A stretch of DNA of 64,000 bases from Podarcis gaigeae (taxonomy: Eukaryota). The DNA lies in assembly GCA_964106915.2 (NCBI GenBank), contig OZ066921.1. The stretch is one strand, 5' to 3'. A program made the position numbers and the translations under genes. The notes beneath the pieces are model-generated. The model was not told the DNA's origin, made no database searches, and saw only the letters and a program-made list of their open reading frames with translations. Numbering within the stretch: position 1 is the first letter of the stretch; every line of letters starts with the position of its first letter. Shown here in pieces: positions 46,701-57,760 of this stretch.

Positions 46701-49700
46701 GGAAAACATAATTTTTGCATTATTTCATGTCCAAGTTCTTCATACACTTTGATTGTAGTTTAAAAGGCCTTAATAGAAGATTGAATATGGTTTCCATTTT
46801 CAAGACCTTTCAATGTTAAGACAATGCAAGTTAAAGACAACATTTACCTGAGTTTTAGAATCTGGTCGTAGCCAGGGCAAGGTATGGTTACGACGAAGCT
46901 CTGCCAGTTTGGCGTTCAGCTGGTGTGCAAGGAGAAGAGTCAGGGGCATGCACTCTTCCGTCTCATCCGTAGCATAGCCAAACATCAAGCCCTATTTTTG
47001 TAACCAAACCAAGATATGAATTTCAGCTTCCTAAGGTGAAGTTTTAAGAATGTACACCACAAAGAAATTTTGAGTAATCCGCAGCCTCTTATAACACTGA
47101 CCTGATCCCCAGCACCAATGTCTTCTTCCTTTCTGTCAAGATGAACTCCCTGAGCAATATCAGGGGACTGCTGCTCCAGGGCAACCAATACATTGCATGT
47201 CTTGTAGTCAAAACCTAGGACACATACATAATGCTTGTAAGTCCCAATCTTATTAACAGTCAACATTTCTATTCAAAATTAAAACGGCCAGAAGCAATCC
47301 AATCTGCTTACCTTTTGAGGAATCATCATAGCCAATGTGCTTTATTGTTTCACGAACAATTTTCTGATAGTCAACTGCAGCTCTAGACGTGATCTCCCCA
47401 GCCAGAAGGATCATTCCTGTCTTTGCAGCAGTTTCTGCAAAATACAGAACCAGAACTGTCAACTCAAAGTACAGAGGAGTTGCAGTTCTTTGACCACACT
47501 CCCAATAGATTCCATTTCTTCCCATAATGGTCAAGGGAACTTACCACATGCTACTTTGGCATCCGGATCTTGTTTAAGATGTGCATCAAGGACAGCATCA
47601 CTAATTTGGTCACAGATCTTATCTAAAATCAGAAACAGCTTCCATTACTTTTCAGACCTCAAGGTTGCCACTATTTCACATGTTAAAAAGTATTCAGCCA
47701 ACACCCATGCAGGTTTGAGCCTTTTACCACTTTTTTCCTGGTATCATCAACCAATTAAAGAACAGCTGTTTGTGTCAATATGGAACTCCCTTTCCCAAGA
47801 AAGCTTGATCTGCTTGTTTTCTGGTAACAGACATGGATAGAGGACTTTATAGGAGACCTTGGTTTAGGAACAGCCACTGGTTCCTGCTGACCTGTTGCAA
47901 CTGCTAGTTTTGACATTAATGACTTAATACCAACAATACAACAAAAAGACCCAGCATTCACAATTAATGGTTCAGCAGAAACCCTGGGAAGTAATTAGGC
48001 ACCAATGAATGAAGTGGGGGAAATTATAATTAAGCAAAACTTGCCAATGCTTGATAGCACAAGTTCAAGCTTTCCTCATTCCCTCTAGACACACAAACAA
48101 AATTATCCTCAGAATTGCACAGGTGTCCCGCAGTTCTCAAGCTAGTTTTGGTTGACTAAACCTTGAAGCTCTCTGTATTTCCTACCCACTGGTTTCCACA
48201 TGGAAACTGCACTGTTTGAGATGGAATTTTAATGCTGTGCATCCAAGCACAGTTTGCACCTTCAAGGTATACCGGTACATGTTACCTTTTATTCTGCTGC
48301 CCTTATATTTGCCCTTTACAAATAATGCCTCACACCTAACCATGCATCTTGGCATTAAGATTCAATCGCTCCAATACTGCATTGATGACTCTGAGTTTCT
48401 ATAAGCAGAATGAAAGGACCTAGTTACAAAACACCCACTCAATTCTGTAGAACTTTACATAATCTAATCCTACAGTTTTACCTCAGAACCCAAATGCCTT
48501 GGTACTTGGACGTTTTGGCTTCTGAATGCAGCAAACCCGCAAGTGAGTGTTCCAGTTTGCGAACATTCTTTGGAACTCGAACATCCAAGTCAGCCAATCA
48601 GAAGCTGCACTTTGGTTTCCAAACGTTTTGGAAGTCAAACTTCTGGAACGGATTCCATTTAACTTCCAAGGTACGACTGTACTTGCCATTTTGAAATTGG
48701 AACTGCTTTCAACCAGCAAAGTCAACCCACACTGCAATGAAATTTATTATAGAGCACTGGAATGCCAAAATGCTTTACAACCCCTTATGTATGCTTCAGT
48801 GATCAACACAGCCTGACACATAGTCCTTAACAGCCATTCTTCAGATGTGATCTACCATTTCATTCAATGGTCAAGATTTAGCCATCTCATTACCTCTGAG
48901 GCACCAACGAGCCACAGATAAGGCTCCCCACCACCAACACTTCAGCTAGTGCTCTAGACCAGTGTTTCCCAACCTTGTGCCTCCAGATGTTTTTGGCCTA
49001 CAACTCCCATCATCCCTAGCTAGCAAGACCAGTGGTCAGGGATGATGGGAGTTGTAGGCCAAAAACACCTGGAGGCACAAGGTTGGGAAACACTGCGACA
49101 CATGAAGTCTTTATTTAAGAGAAATATTTAACAGAAATTCTAAGGCATACTTCAAAAGCCATCAATTTGTTTAATGTGTATAACTGGTTACTGCCAGAAG
49201 CATTGTCTGCACACAAGGCTGCAGGCTATAAATGCAGACTAGTGTCATCCTATATCTAATCAAGAGAGAACAAGATGGCAGTGAGGATAAATTACCACCA
49301 GCACAGGATTCCTAAATATGGCTAAGTCTGAGACAGAAGATACACAGCTGCACACACCACTAGTACTAAATGAACATTTTACAGTATTATAAAATAGACC
49401 TCCAGCTTGGAGTTCCACCTAAGCCAGAAACGAAGAAGCTCTAACAGCACAGATTTAGCAGTCGTGCCAAAGGTGGATGTTGTGCTTAAAGTGTTTATTC
49501 TATCAAGAGGTACTAAGTCGTCAATACAAATGCCTAATCTACATAAAGTTCAGTTGCATGGCATACTCATTTGACTAGTTTCACAGTATAAAGTTTCACA
49601 GCATAAAGAACTTGAACATAGTCAGAAAGCCCAAATCAGAATATTTTACAGAAATTTAAACACATAAAAATAGTGGGCAATTTCTAAACAAGAAACTAAA

Positions 49701-51077
49701 ATAGCTCCCTAGGGGACTGAGTTACAGAGGGAACAAAGGTCTAGGAAGTATAAAGAACAGGCACTTAGAATTGTGGATTTCAAAGTCAGAAGATCAGATG
49801 TCATTCACTGTGTCTTGGAAAACAGAATAAAAGCACCAGCGATGCTTTTCTGCCCTGTTCTCTGCATACTACTCGGGCAAAAAGAAGCCAGATATCCAGC
49901 AGTCGTCCCCCCAACTGAAAACACTACAAGGTGCTATTCTTCAATGGAGCCACATGGGTTCAACCACCACATGGCAGAAACAGAGGTGCAACACCTCCCC
50001 CCTTTCCTGCAGCAAAGGAAATGGCCAAAGCTGAATTCCCCTGCATCAGAGTCCTTGTTCCCATGCAGCCTCCTGGCAAAGGCTATCTTTAGAATAGTAC
50101 AAAAAAGCACATATGCCCAGCCACCAGGATCGGGGACAGCCTTCTCCAACTCCCGCCCTCCCTCTATGCATGCTGCAGGCTCTGCCCAGACATCATGGCG
50201 GAGAAGGACAATGAAAGCGCAAGTCTCCTCCTCCAGCGTCGTTGGGCATCCAGACCGTTTTGAGCCGACAACGAAGTCTTCCGCTCTGTGTAGTTTTGAA
50301 TTGCTTTTTGACTCTGTGTAACGTAGACAGATACGTGATTGTGCGTACTTACATGAAAGCCCACCTGGTTCTGTATGTAAAAGACAGGCGCGTGGTCCTT
50401 GTCTCCCCCACGCCCGTTTTTACACGCGCGCGCTGCAGTTTTGGGCTTCCGTCTTCTTTCTTCCATTTCCACACACACAAAATCCCTTTTCTCAGGGGCT
50501 GCTCCCTTCCTACCACCCACCGTCCCTCCCAAGATCGCGCCATGCGGATACCACGTGGTCGCCTGCAATGCGGGGGCGCGTCCCCGAAACCGAGCGGGAG
50601 CGCGCGCTCCGAGCCCGCTTTCACCGTCTCCCTCCCATGCCGCCGTCGCGCACTTTCCCTTTGTTACCCTGCCCCCCGCCCCCGCAATCCAGGGGGCAGC
50701 GGGGAACCTCCCGCTCCTGTCCGGGGCGGCCGAGCGGAGCCTGGAAGCGGCACCCGAGACCCCAGCCCGCCCCCCCCCCGCGCGCCCTCGTGGCGCTTCC
50801 CCCTCCCTCAGCCGCCGAAACGGGCCTCCGAGAGCCGGACGCGAGCCAGCCAGGCAGCCGGAGGGCGCGCGCCACAGCACGGCAGCCAATCAGCGAGAGA
50901 GCGGCCGGCCGGCCGCGCGCGCGCCCCCGGCCCCGCAGCCGGGTTTTTCGCCCCCCGCGGGCGCGCGTGCCTCCTTCTGCCGCGAGGGCGCTCACCTGGG
51001 TGCCCCTCCCCCACCGACTCTGAGGTGAAGAGGAAGGTGCCCTCATCGATCCTGCTGTCGCGGAAACCGTTCATCAT
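43664..51077 (-). CDS. MAT2A: MAT2A, S-adenosylmethionine synthase isoform 2, complete: complement(join(43664..43766,44977..45110,45868..46050,46467..46685,46848..46991,47102..47214,47312..47434,47545..47622,50996..51077)), 1179 nt, 392 aa
   Basis: [17 protein letters not shown] and GGGAFSGKD motifs; Gly (not the MAT1A Cys) in DIAQGVH; C-terminal PKKLKY; METTL16 hairpins in 3' UTR. Confidence 0.97.
44977..45110 (-). CDS. MAT2A: MAT2A exon 8 ([19 protein letters not shown]...RPGVIV)
   Basis: cttag| ... |gtaaaa, 134 nt; not in ORF track. Confidence 0.95.
45868..46050 (-). CDS. MAT2A: MAT2A exon 7 ([17 protein letters not shown]...RVLVQ)
   Basis: ttcag| ... |gtatgt, 183 nt. Confidence 0.95.
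46467..46685 (-). CDS. MAT2A: MAT2A exon 6 ([12 protein letters not shown]...FVIGGPQ)
   Basis: ttttag| ... |gtatga, 219 nt. Confidence 0.95.
46848..46991 (-). CDS. MAT2A: MAT2A exon 5 ([16 protein letters not shown]...PDSKTQ)
   Basis: aatag| ... |gtaaat, 144 nt. Confidence 0.95.
47102..47214 (-). CDS. MAT2A: MAT2A exon 4 ([25 protein letters not shown]...GAGDQ)
   Basis: cctag| ... |gtcagt, 113 nt. Confidence 0.95.
47312..47434 (-). CDS. MAT2A: MAT2A exon 3 ([17 protein letters not shown]...YDDSSK)
   Basis: ttgcag| ... |gtaagc, 123 nt. Confidence 0.95.
47545..47622 (-). CDS. MAT2A: MAT2A exon 2 ([26 protein letters not shown])
   Basis: ttttag| ... |gtaagt, 78 nt. Confidence 0.95.
48471..48681. 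mobile_element. Tc1/mariner-type MITE (related family)
   Basis: TACAGTTTTACCTC...AAGGTACGACTGTA termini. Confidence 0.7.
48960..49095. mobile_element. palindromic hAT-type MITE
   Basis: near-perfect arms of about 55 bp, CAGTGTTTCCCAACCTTGTGCCTCCAG...CTGGAGGCACAAGGTTGGGAAACACTG. Confidence 0.85.
50996..51077 (-). CDS. MAT2A: MAT2A exon 1 coding ([27 protein letters not shown])
   Basis: tandem ATGATG at 51072-51077; CAG|gtgagc donor. Confidence 0.93.
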
Positions 51078-51243
51078 CGCGCCGGAGGAGAGTCGCTGAG
51101 GAGAACGAGGCTGAAGCGTGGTCGGAGCGCGCCGCGGAAGAGCCCACAAAGCAAGCGAGCGAGCGAGCGAACACCGGAGAAGCGCGAGTGAAGAAGCTCT
51201 GGCCCCTCGCCGGAATGGAGGAGCCGGCCCTCCGGCGCGGGCA

Positions 51244-51249
51244 TTTATA
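51244..51249 (-). promoter_or_regulatory. MAT2A: MAT2A TATA box (CTATAAAT)
   Basis: TATAAA about 170 nt upstream of ATG, with GGGGCGG-type GC boxes just upstream. Confidence 0.75.
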
Positions 51250-53230
51250 GCGCCTGGCCCCGCCTCCTCCGGCGAAGCCCCGCCTCCTGCTCCTCTGCCC
51301 AGGGGAGGGGGCGCTGCCCTCTGGCTCCTCCTCCCTCAGGCGAAGCCCCTCTTCCCCGAATCTCCTCAGGGCGGCGCCGGGCGGCCGGCCTGCTTGGCGT
51401 TTCCCCTGCGCGCGAGGGCACGGGCTGTCGGGCTCCGAGGACGAGGCGAGGCCTGCAGCGCGAGGCGCCGGCCGGGCGGCCATGTTGGCTCCCTCCGCTC
51501 AGCCTCGAGGGCGGCGCAGGGCCCGGCAGCGGCTGAGCCTCCGCCACCCGGGCGCCATGCTCGCCGAGCGCATTGTCCCGAGGCCGAGCCGAGACGCGGC
51601 TCGTCGCTCCCAGTTTCGCTCGCCTCAGTTGCCCACTTACTCGCCCGCCCGCCCGCAAAACTGAGGGCGCTTCCTCCCCCCCCCCCCAGCCGGCATACTG
51701 GAGAGCGCGCCCCCAGGACAAACACATTTTCAAATAAATTCTGCATTCGATCCATACGTATAGAGCGCTTTCGTGTTTTTAGACGTAGGCTGAAAGGATG
51801 CCGTGGTATGAACGCGATGGGGCTCCAGAGTAAACGGGCATGGGAGCGAAGGCCTCCTTTCTCCGTAAAACTGATGCCCGAAGCAGTGAGATACCTTACA
51901 GTCCTTGGAGGGCGATATTTTAGAACCGAAGTCCTTCCAATACAGCATACCCTCCAACATTTCTCTGGTGAAAATAGGGACGTCCCATTCCATAAGGATA
52001 ATATTACTATTTATACTCCACACATCTTACTGGATTGCCACCCACTCTGGGCAGCTTCCAACATATATAAAAACAATAAAGCACTAAACATTTTTTTTAA
52101 AAAAACCCTTCCCTTTACAGGGTTGCCTTCAGATGACTCGGGGGTCAGATAACTCCATACCCTCCCAACATTTCTCCAATGAAAATATGGACATTGCACG
52201 AAATTCTGAGGAGGCATAGGAGCCAACTCTGAGTGGAGGGGTCTTTGGCCTGCCTAATGAAAGATATGAGGGGGGTGGCCCCACCAAGTTGATGGACATT
52301 GCCACTGCCCTGAGAGGAGGGGCAACTCCCCTTCGTGGAGGGGGCATTCTTCCACCAAGGGCCACGTCAACGGGCGGGCAGGCGGCACAGCATGGTACCA
52401 CTTGGCTGGGGGGGGGGGCTGTGGCGGCATCAGCGGCTTGCCCGCCCTGGGCACTGGCAACCTATGCTATGCTGCTGTATTGACCCCTTCACACCCAGAA
52501 CCCATAGAAAACATTTATTGTACTCCTGAGCTAGCCAAACCTAGCAGATGCACAAGTCACTAGATCATGTTAATGCAGCAAGTAACCAAAGAAGAAGAAA
52601 ACCCCACCCAAATCATGTTCTGATGCCAATTCTGAACCACAGATGATATTCCAGAAAAAAAATGGCCTGGTACACCAAATTCTGAGCAAACCAACAAAAT
52701 TGAAAAGTCATTTCATGCATATCAGCTTCCAAGCTAACAAAACCAAATTTACGCATCACACAGCATTAGATGGGATTGATTCAGCTATTAGCCTTCACCC
52801 CACCCCACCCCCCGCAATGCAGTAGATGTTAGTTATGCAGGAAACTATTTCAATCTCACCTTTAGATTTTTCATGTGTTGCAAATTGCTGCATATGCAAT
52901 CCATAAGGTTATTTATCACACCCCAGGCTCCTTTTCATTCCCAGACAATAGCTACAGTAGCCTCAGCCCTAGCCACTTGAAGAGGCAGCTTAAAAGAGAA
53001 AAATATCTTATAAACTGTGATTATGATTATTAATTGAATTTCTATACTACCCTCTACCCACAGGTCTCAGGGTGGTTCACAGAAAACAGCTTCCATACGA
53101 TGTAACATGAGAAGCTGATTTGGGGACAATGGATCCTTTAAATTCTTATATGCATTTTTAAATGGACTCTTGGGCTTGGAGGCACATTGAATTTGTTTAA
53201 AGTTTAAACTATTTGTATCCCTCTCCACAA

Positions 53231-53562
53231 GGGATGCGGGTGGCGCTGTGGGTTAAACAACAGAGCCTAGGACTTGCTGATCAGAAGTTTGGCGGTTCGA
53301 AACCCTGTGACGGGGTGAGCTCCCGTTGCTCAGTCCCTGCTCCTGCCAACCTAGCAGTTCGAAAGCATGTCAAAGTGCAAGTAGATAAATAGGTAGGAAG
53401 GTAAACGGTGTTTCCGTGCGCTGCTCTGGTTCGCCAGAAGCGGCTTAGTCCTGCTGGCCACATGACCCGGAAGCTGCACACCGGCTCCCTTGGCCAATAA
53501 AGCGAGATGAGCGCCGCAACCCCAGTGTCGGCCACGACTGGACCTAATGGTCAGGGGTCCTT
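53231..53562 (+). mobile_element. Sauria SINE, full length, 15-bp TSD TATCCCTCTCCACAA
   Basis: head GGGATGCGGGTGGCGCTGTGGG; TSD at 53216-53230 and 53563-53577. Confidence 0.92.
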
Positions 53563-55707
53563 TATCCCTCTCCACAAAGCAGATGCTTCTCTCAGCAACA
53601 GTATAATAAGAGAATGAGGTTAGCATTGGGCACTAAAATTTCACCACAAAACAGTGGGATTGGGGGGATTTAGATGTTGCTGCTCAAGCAAAGCAACCGG
53701 GGAATTTTGAGGGAAACAGAAGAGTTTTGTATTAGGAGAAGTTCCAGCGATAACTTTTTGAGCTTCTTTCATGGCTTTGTTTAAAAGCAAATGTTTTCCA
53801 GATGGGCTAGAAATGCAATTTTCGAGATAAAAGCTTCCAGAATTCTGTAATGGATCTTTCCAGCTGCTTGAGCTGACGGAAGAAGCTGGCTCTCTACCCA
53901 CCATGAGGGAGGGTGAAACCTACCATTAGGCAGAGTGAGCAGGGGGCAGCAGTGGGAGCCATTCTGCAGCTAGAGAGCTGAATGAGTGGCAGCAAGCAAG
54001 GTGTAGAAGCAAGTGCAGTGGAGGACGCTGCCCCATGGCCGGTGTTGAGGTGAGGTGCAGGAGGAATGCCAGTTCAGATTCTATTCACTGAATCATCGAA
54101 CTGTAGAGTTGGGTGGAACTCCACCTAGTCCAACCCCTTACAATGCAGGAATCCTGCCCACAACATCCCCTGGGTGGGCTCGGACCACCCACCTTCTGGT
54201 TAACCTGGGGTTAACCACTCCAGGCGGCAAAATATATTGGACAAGGGCCTTGCTGGCGTCATGTGAAACCAGGGCTGCCTTTATTTGTCTGACAAATGTT
54301 GCCCCACAACCATCTCAACAAGATTACACCCCTCTTCATCAAACCTGAAGGCTTTTAGTACAGGTGAATAGGAGTGCTTCTGTCTCTGTTAGCAAGTGAA
54401 TGAAAAACATAAATTCAGTGGTTCAAATACAGTAGTGGTGATTTATATTATTGTTCTCCTGAGTAAGTGTGTTTGGGTAGCATTGCATTGGAATTCAGTA
54501 AACCAATACCTGTGACAGCTAGTTTTGCCTCCACCTTCTGACACCATTGTTTTATGGGGCTGAGAGCTCATTCAACCTCCTCTGATTCTGCAGGCAAAGA
54601 AGCTGCCACAGCAGAATTGGTGACCTCATCCATGGTGGATCCCTCTGGGTCCACCATGGCTGCAGGTGAGGCAGCCATAGCTTTTCCATAGATGCTGGAG
54701 GTATCTGAGGTAGTCTGAAGCAAAGATACCCAAAAGATACCCAACTTTCTCCCCCTTATGACTACGTTTTCTTATCACTACATTGTAGTATCACCTTACC
54801 CCATGTATGCCCACCAAATCTGCACAGCTGTGAAAAGCTGATCTCTTAGTGTCGCAGTTGCAGCAGCACCTACGTACTTTAGAAGTCCCTGCCTACTGGA
54901 TCAGGCAGGTGACTTTGCTTCACTCTTTCCAGCTCCTGCTTAAAACATTTTTATTTGGCAAGCCTACTCAGATATGCAGAATGTGGACATGTGTTTTAAT
55001 CTCTTTTTAGCTTACCTTTGATTTGAAGTATCTTTTGAATATTTTCAAATACCTGTCTTTTATTGAATGTTTTAATGTCTAATGAGGATTTTGTTTGTGT
55101 GTTTTTGTAAACCAACTAGAGGTTTCATTAAAATCAAGTGGTAATTAAATTTAGCTAAATAAATATGTATATTCCTTAGAGACAATTTGTCAGGGGCCGC
55201 ATGCCAGGTGGCAGCAAGGGCAGAGCAAAACATTTATTTCTCTCTCTTTCTGCCACCCCCTTCTCCCCCACCCCTGCTTCCTCTCTCTTCCTCCCCATCC
55301 AGAAGGCTGCTAGGAAAGGGACAGATAGCTCTTGCAACAGGTCTTGTTGAGGTCAAAGGAAGCATTATATTAGGCCAAGGGAGGCAAATGAGCCTAAGAG
55401 ACACAGGTTGCCCATCTCTGATTTATTCTAAGAACTTGTCTTGCACTTCCCATTTCCATTAGATGACAGAGCTGATACAATAGACACTGGATTTATTAAG
55501 TGCTCTTCAATAAGCTACAGCAGCTAAAACCTTTCCCATGGTGCAATATATCTTTCTCAAAAGTGCTATTAGTGTGCAAGCCTTTGGGGCAGAGAGATGT
55601 TTCAAAATGAAATAAGATCAGGTCAGAGGAAGTGCTGGGGACAAGACTCTATGACAGGAACAGGTGCAGCCAAATGAACTAGTTTTACACACTGTATGCT
55701 AGTGAAC

Positions 55708-55953
55708 TACAGTGGTACCTCGGGTTACAGACGCTTCAGGTTACAGGCTCTTCAAGTTACAGACTCCGCTAACCCAGAAATAGTACCTCAGGTTAAGAAC
55801 TTTGCTTCAGGATGAGAACAGAAATCGGGCAGCGGCAGTGCAGCGGCAGCAGGAGGCCCCATTAGCTAAAGTGGTACCTCAGGTTAAGAACAATTTCAGG
55901 TTAAGAACGGACCTCCGGAACGAATTAAGTTCTTAATCCGAGGTATCGCTGTA
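55708..55953. mobile_element. Tc1/mariner-type MITE with TA TSD
   Basis: TA-CAGTGGTACCTCGG...CCGAGGTATCGCTG-TA terminal inverted repeats. Confidence 0.85.
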
Positions 55954-56053
55954 CAGCAATTGAGTAGAAAGCAGCATTGCAGGGTGGGGTGGAGACTCAG
56001 TGCTTAACCCCCCCCCCCCAATAATCTGCTTGGTCATTCTGGTGCATCTAAAG

Positions 56054-56465
56054 CAGAGGTCAGCAACCTTAATTGGAAGATGGGCCAGTCGATGCTCCGT
56101 CCGTTGGAGGATGGGTTGGAGCGTGTGCACACATGTGCTCTTCCGGGTTAGAGGAGCACCTGTGTGCGTGCGCACACACTATTTCCGGCGCTTCTCCGAA
56201 CCTGAAGTGTGCTGGAAATAGCATGTGTGCATACGCACGGGCGCTTCTCCGTCCTGCACACATGCTCACATGCTATTTCTGGCGCACTTCAGGGTCAGAG
56301 GAGCACCTGTGTGCATGTGCACAGGCACCATCAACCTGGTCGATCTCTGCGCCACACCACTCCAGTAAGAGTGAACGGGGGGGCGGCAGCAGGGGTCGCC
56401 ATGGGCTGGTTAGACAAGGCTCCTGGGCCACTACCGGCCCATGGGCCTTCGGTTGCCGACCCCTG
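56054..56465. mobile_element. hAT (Charlie-like) non-autonomous element with internal repeats
   Basis: CAGAGGTCAGCAAC...GTTGCCGACCCCTG TIRs; nTCTAnnn-like flanks. Confidence 0.7.
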
Positions 56466-57149
56466 GTCTAGCAGATTCAAAACAAAATGTTTCCACGGCA
56501 ATTGTTTTAAACTACTTTCTTCTGACCTCAGGCACTTAAAAAATATGTCAAAAAATTTCTACAGTTTCTACTTTTAGTTGAGTATTTTTATTTATTTACT
56601 TGATTTAGTGGGGGCAGCTACCCCCCCACCCCCGCTATGCCCATGATACGGTGGCCTAGTTTGCTGAAGGTACTAAATTGTTCAGGATTGTTAAAAGAAA
56701 AAGTGATTGCCATTTGTCCCATAATTCCTAGGCGTGGGTTGGTCTTTTGTCCTGCTGCTTTCTCTGGGAAAATCCACCATTTACTGCTGAATCAGAACAA
56801 ATGTCATTTGGATTTTTGCAGATTGAGGTTTGTTCTGATTCAGCAGTGAGTAGGTTTCCCTGGGGAAAGCAGTGGGACAAAACAAAAACCTCTCCGACCC
56901 ATGCCTAGAAATCATGGGACAAATGGAATAAATTGTGGGAGGAAGGAAAGTGTGGAGGAGCCCTGAGTGAATGGGAGATAAGATGGCAAATTCAGCTGAA
57001 TGTGTGAAACAAGTGCAAAGTAATGCCTGCTGAGAGGGCGGGAGTCTTCATTTTACATGTGTGCTCATGGAATCTGAACTGGTGGTGACTGGCAACTGTG
57101 CAAAATCAAATCCCATGCTAGGGATCCTTATAGGAAAGAACTGAAAATA

Positions 57150-57760
57150 AAATTGCCAATATCATCATTTGGTTATGCAAATTTCTGGTGCAACATTTGG
57201 AATACTGCCTACAGTTCAGGTCACCTCACCTCGAAAAGGATATTGTGGAGTTGAAAAGGGATCGGGAAAGAGCAGCTAAAAGCAGTGCTATTTTTCTAGA
57301 AAAAGATGTGTCAGAACTCACCATGAACGCCTCCCTTCTCTTATCATAGCAATGGCACCCACCTGAGAGTTGCTGGAAACGAGTTCTAGTTCTAAAAAAA
57401 AGCCCTGGCTAAAAGTATCAAGGTGGTGGAATGACTCACTTATAAGGGAAGATTGTAGCATTGGGGGCGTTTGTGTTTGGAGAACAGGCAAGTACGAGGA
57501 TACTGTACATAAAAGAGGGGTATAGAATGATGTATGGCAAGGAGAAAGTGGACAGGGAGAATATTTCCTTTCTCAGAACACTAGAACTTGTGGACATCTA
57601 ATGAAGATGACTGTTGGAAGATTCAGGTCAAACAAAAGAAATAACTTCACAGTGCATAGCTAAGCTATGGCACTCACTTCCACAGGCCACCAACTTGGAT
57701 GGCTTTAGAAGAGACACATTCATCGAGGTCAAGGCTATCCGTGGCTACCAGCTGCAATAG
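57150..57760 (+). mobile_element. old degraded CR1 3' fragment
   Basis: degenerate match to the CR1 ORF2 end (TTGGAATACTG..CAGTTC.GGTCACC..AAAAGGATATTG); boundaries approximate. Confidence 0.6.

Larger units (their letters stand above)
50380..51715. promoter_or_regulatory. MAT2A: CpG island over MAT2A promoter, exon 1 and start of intron 1
   Basis: extreme GC/CpG density; AGCCAATCAG (NF-Y) at 50884-50893 and CACGTG E-box at 50552-50557. Confidence 0.85.

Noticed and set aside
50164-52152. Many long ORFs (up to 344 aa) on both strands
   Set aside because: CpG-island artefacts; only 50996-51077 on the minus strand is coding (MAT2A exon 1).
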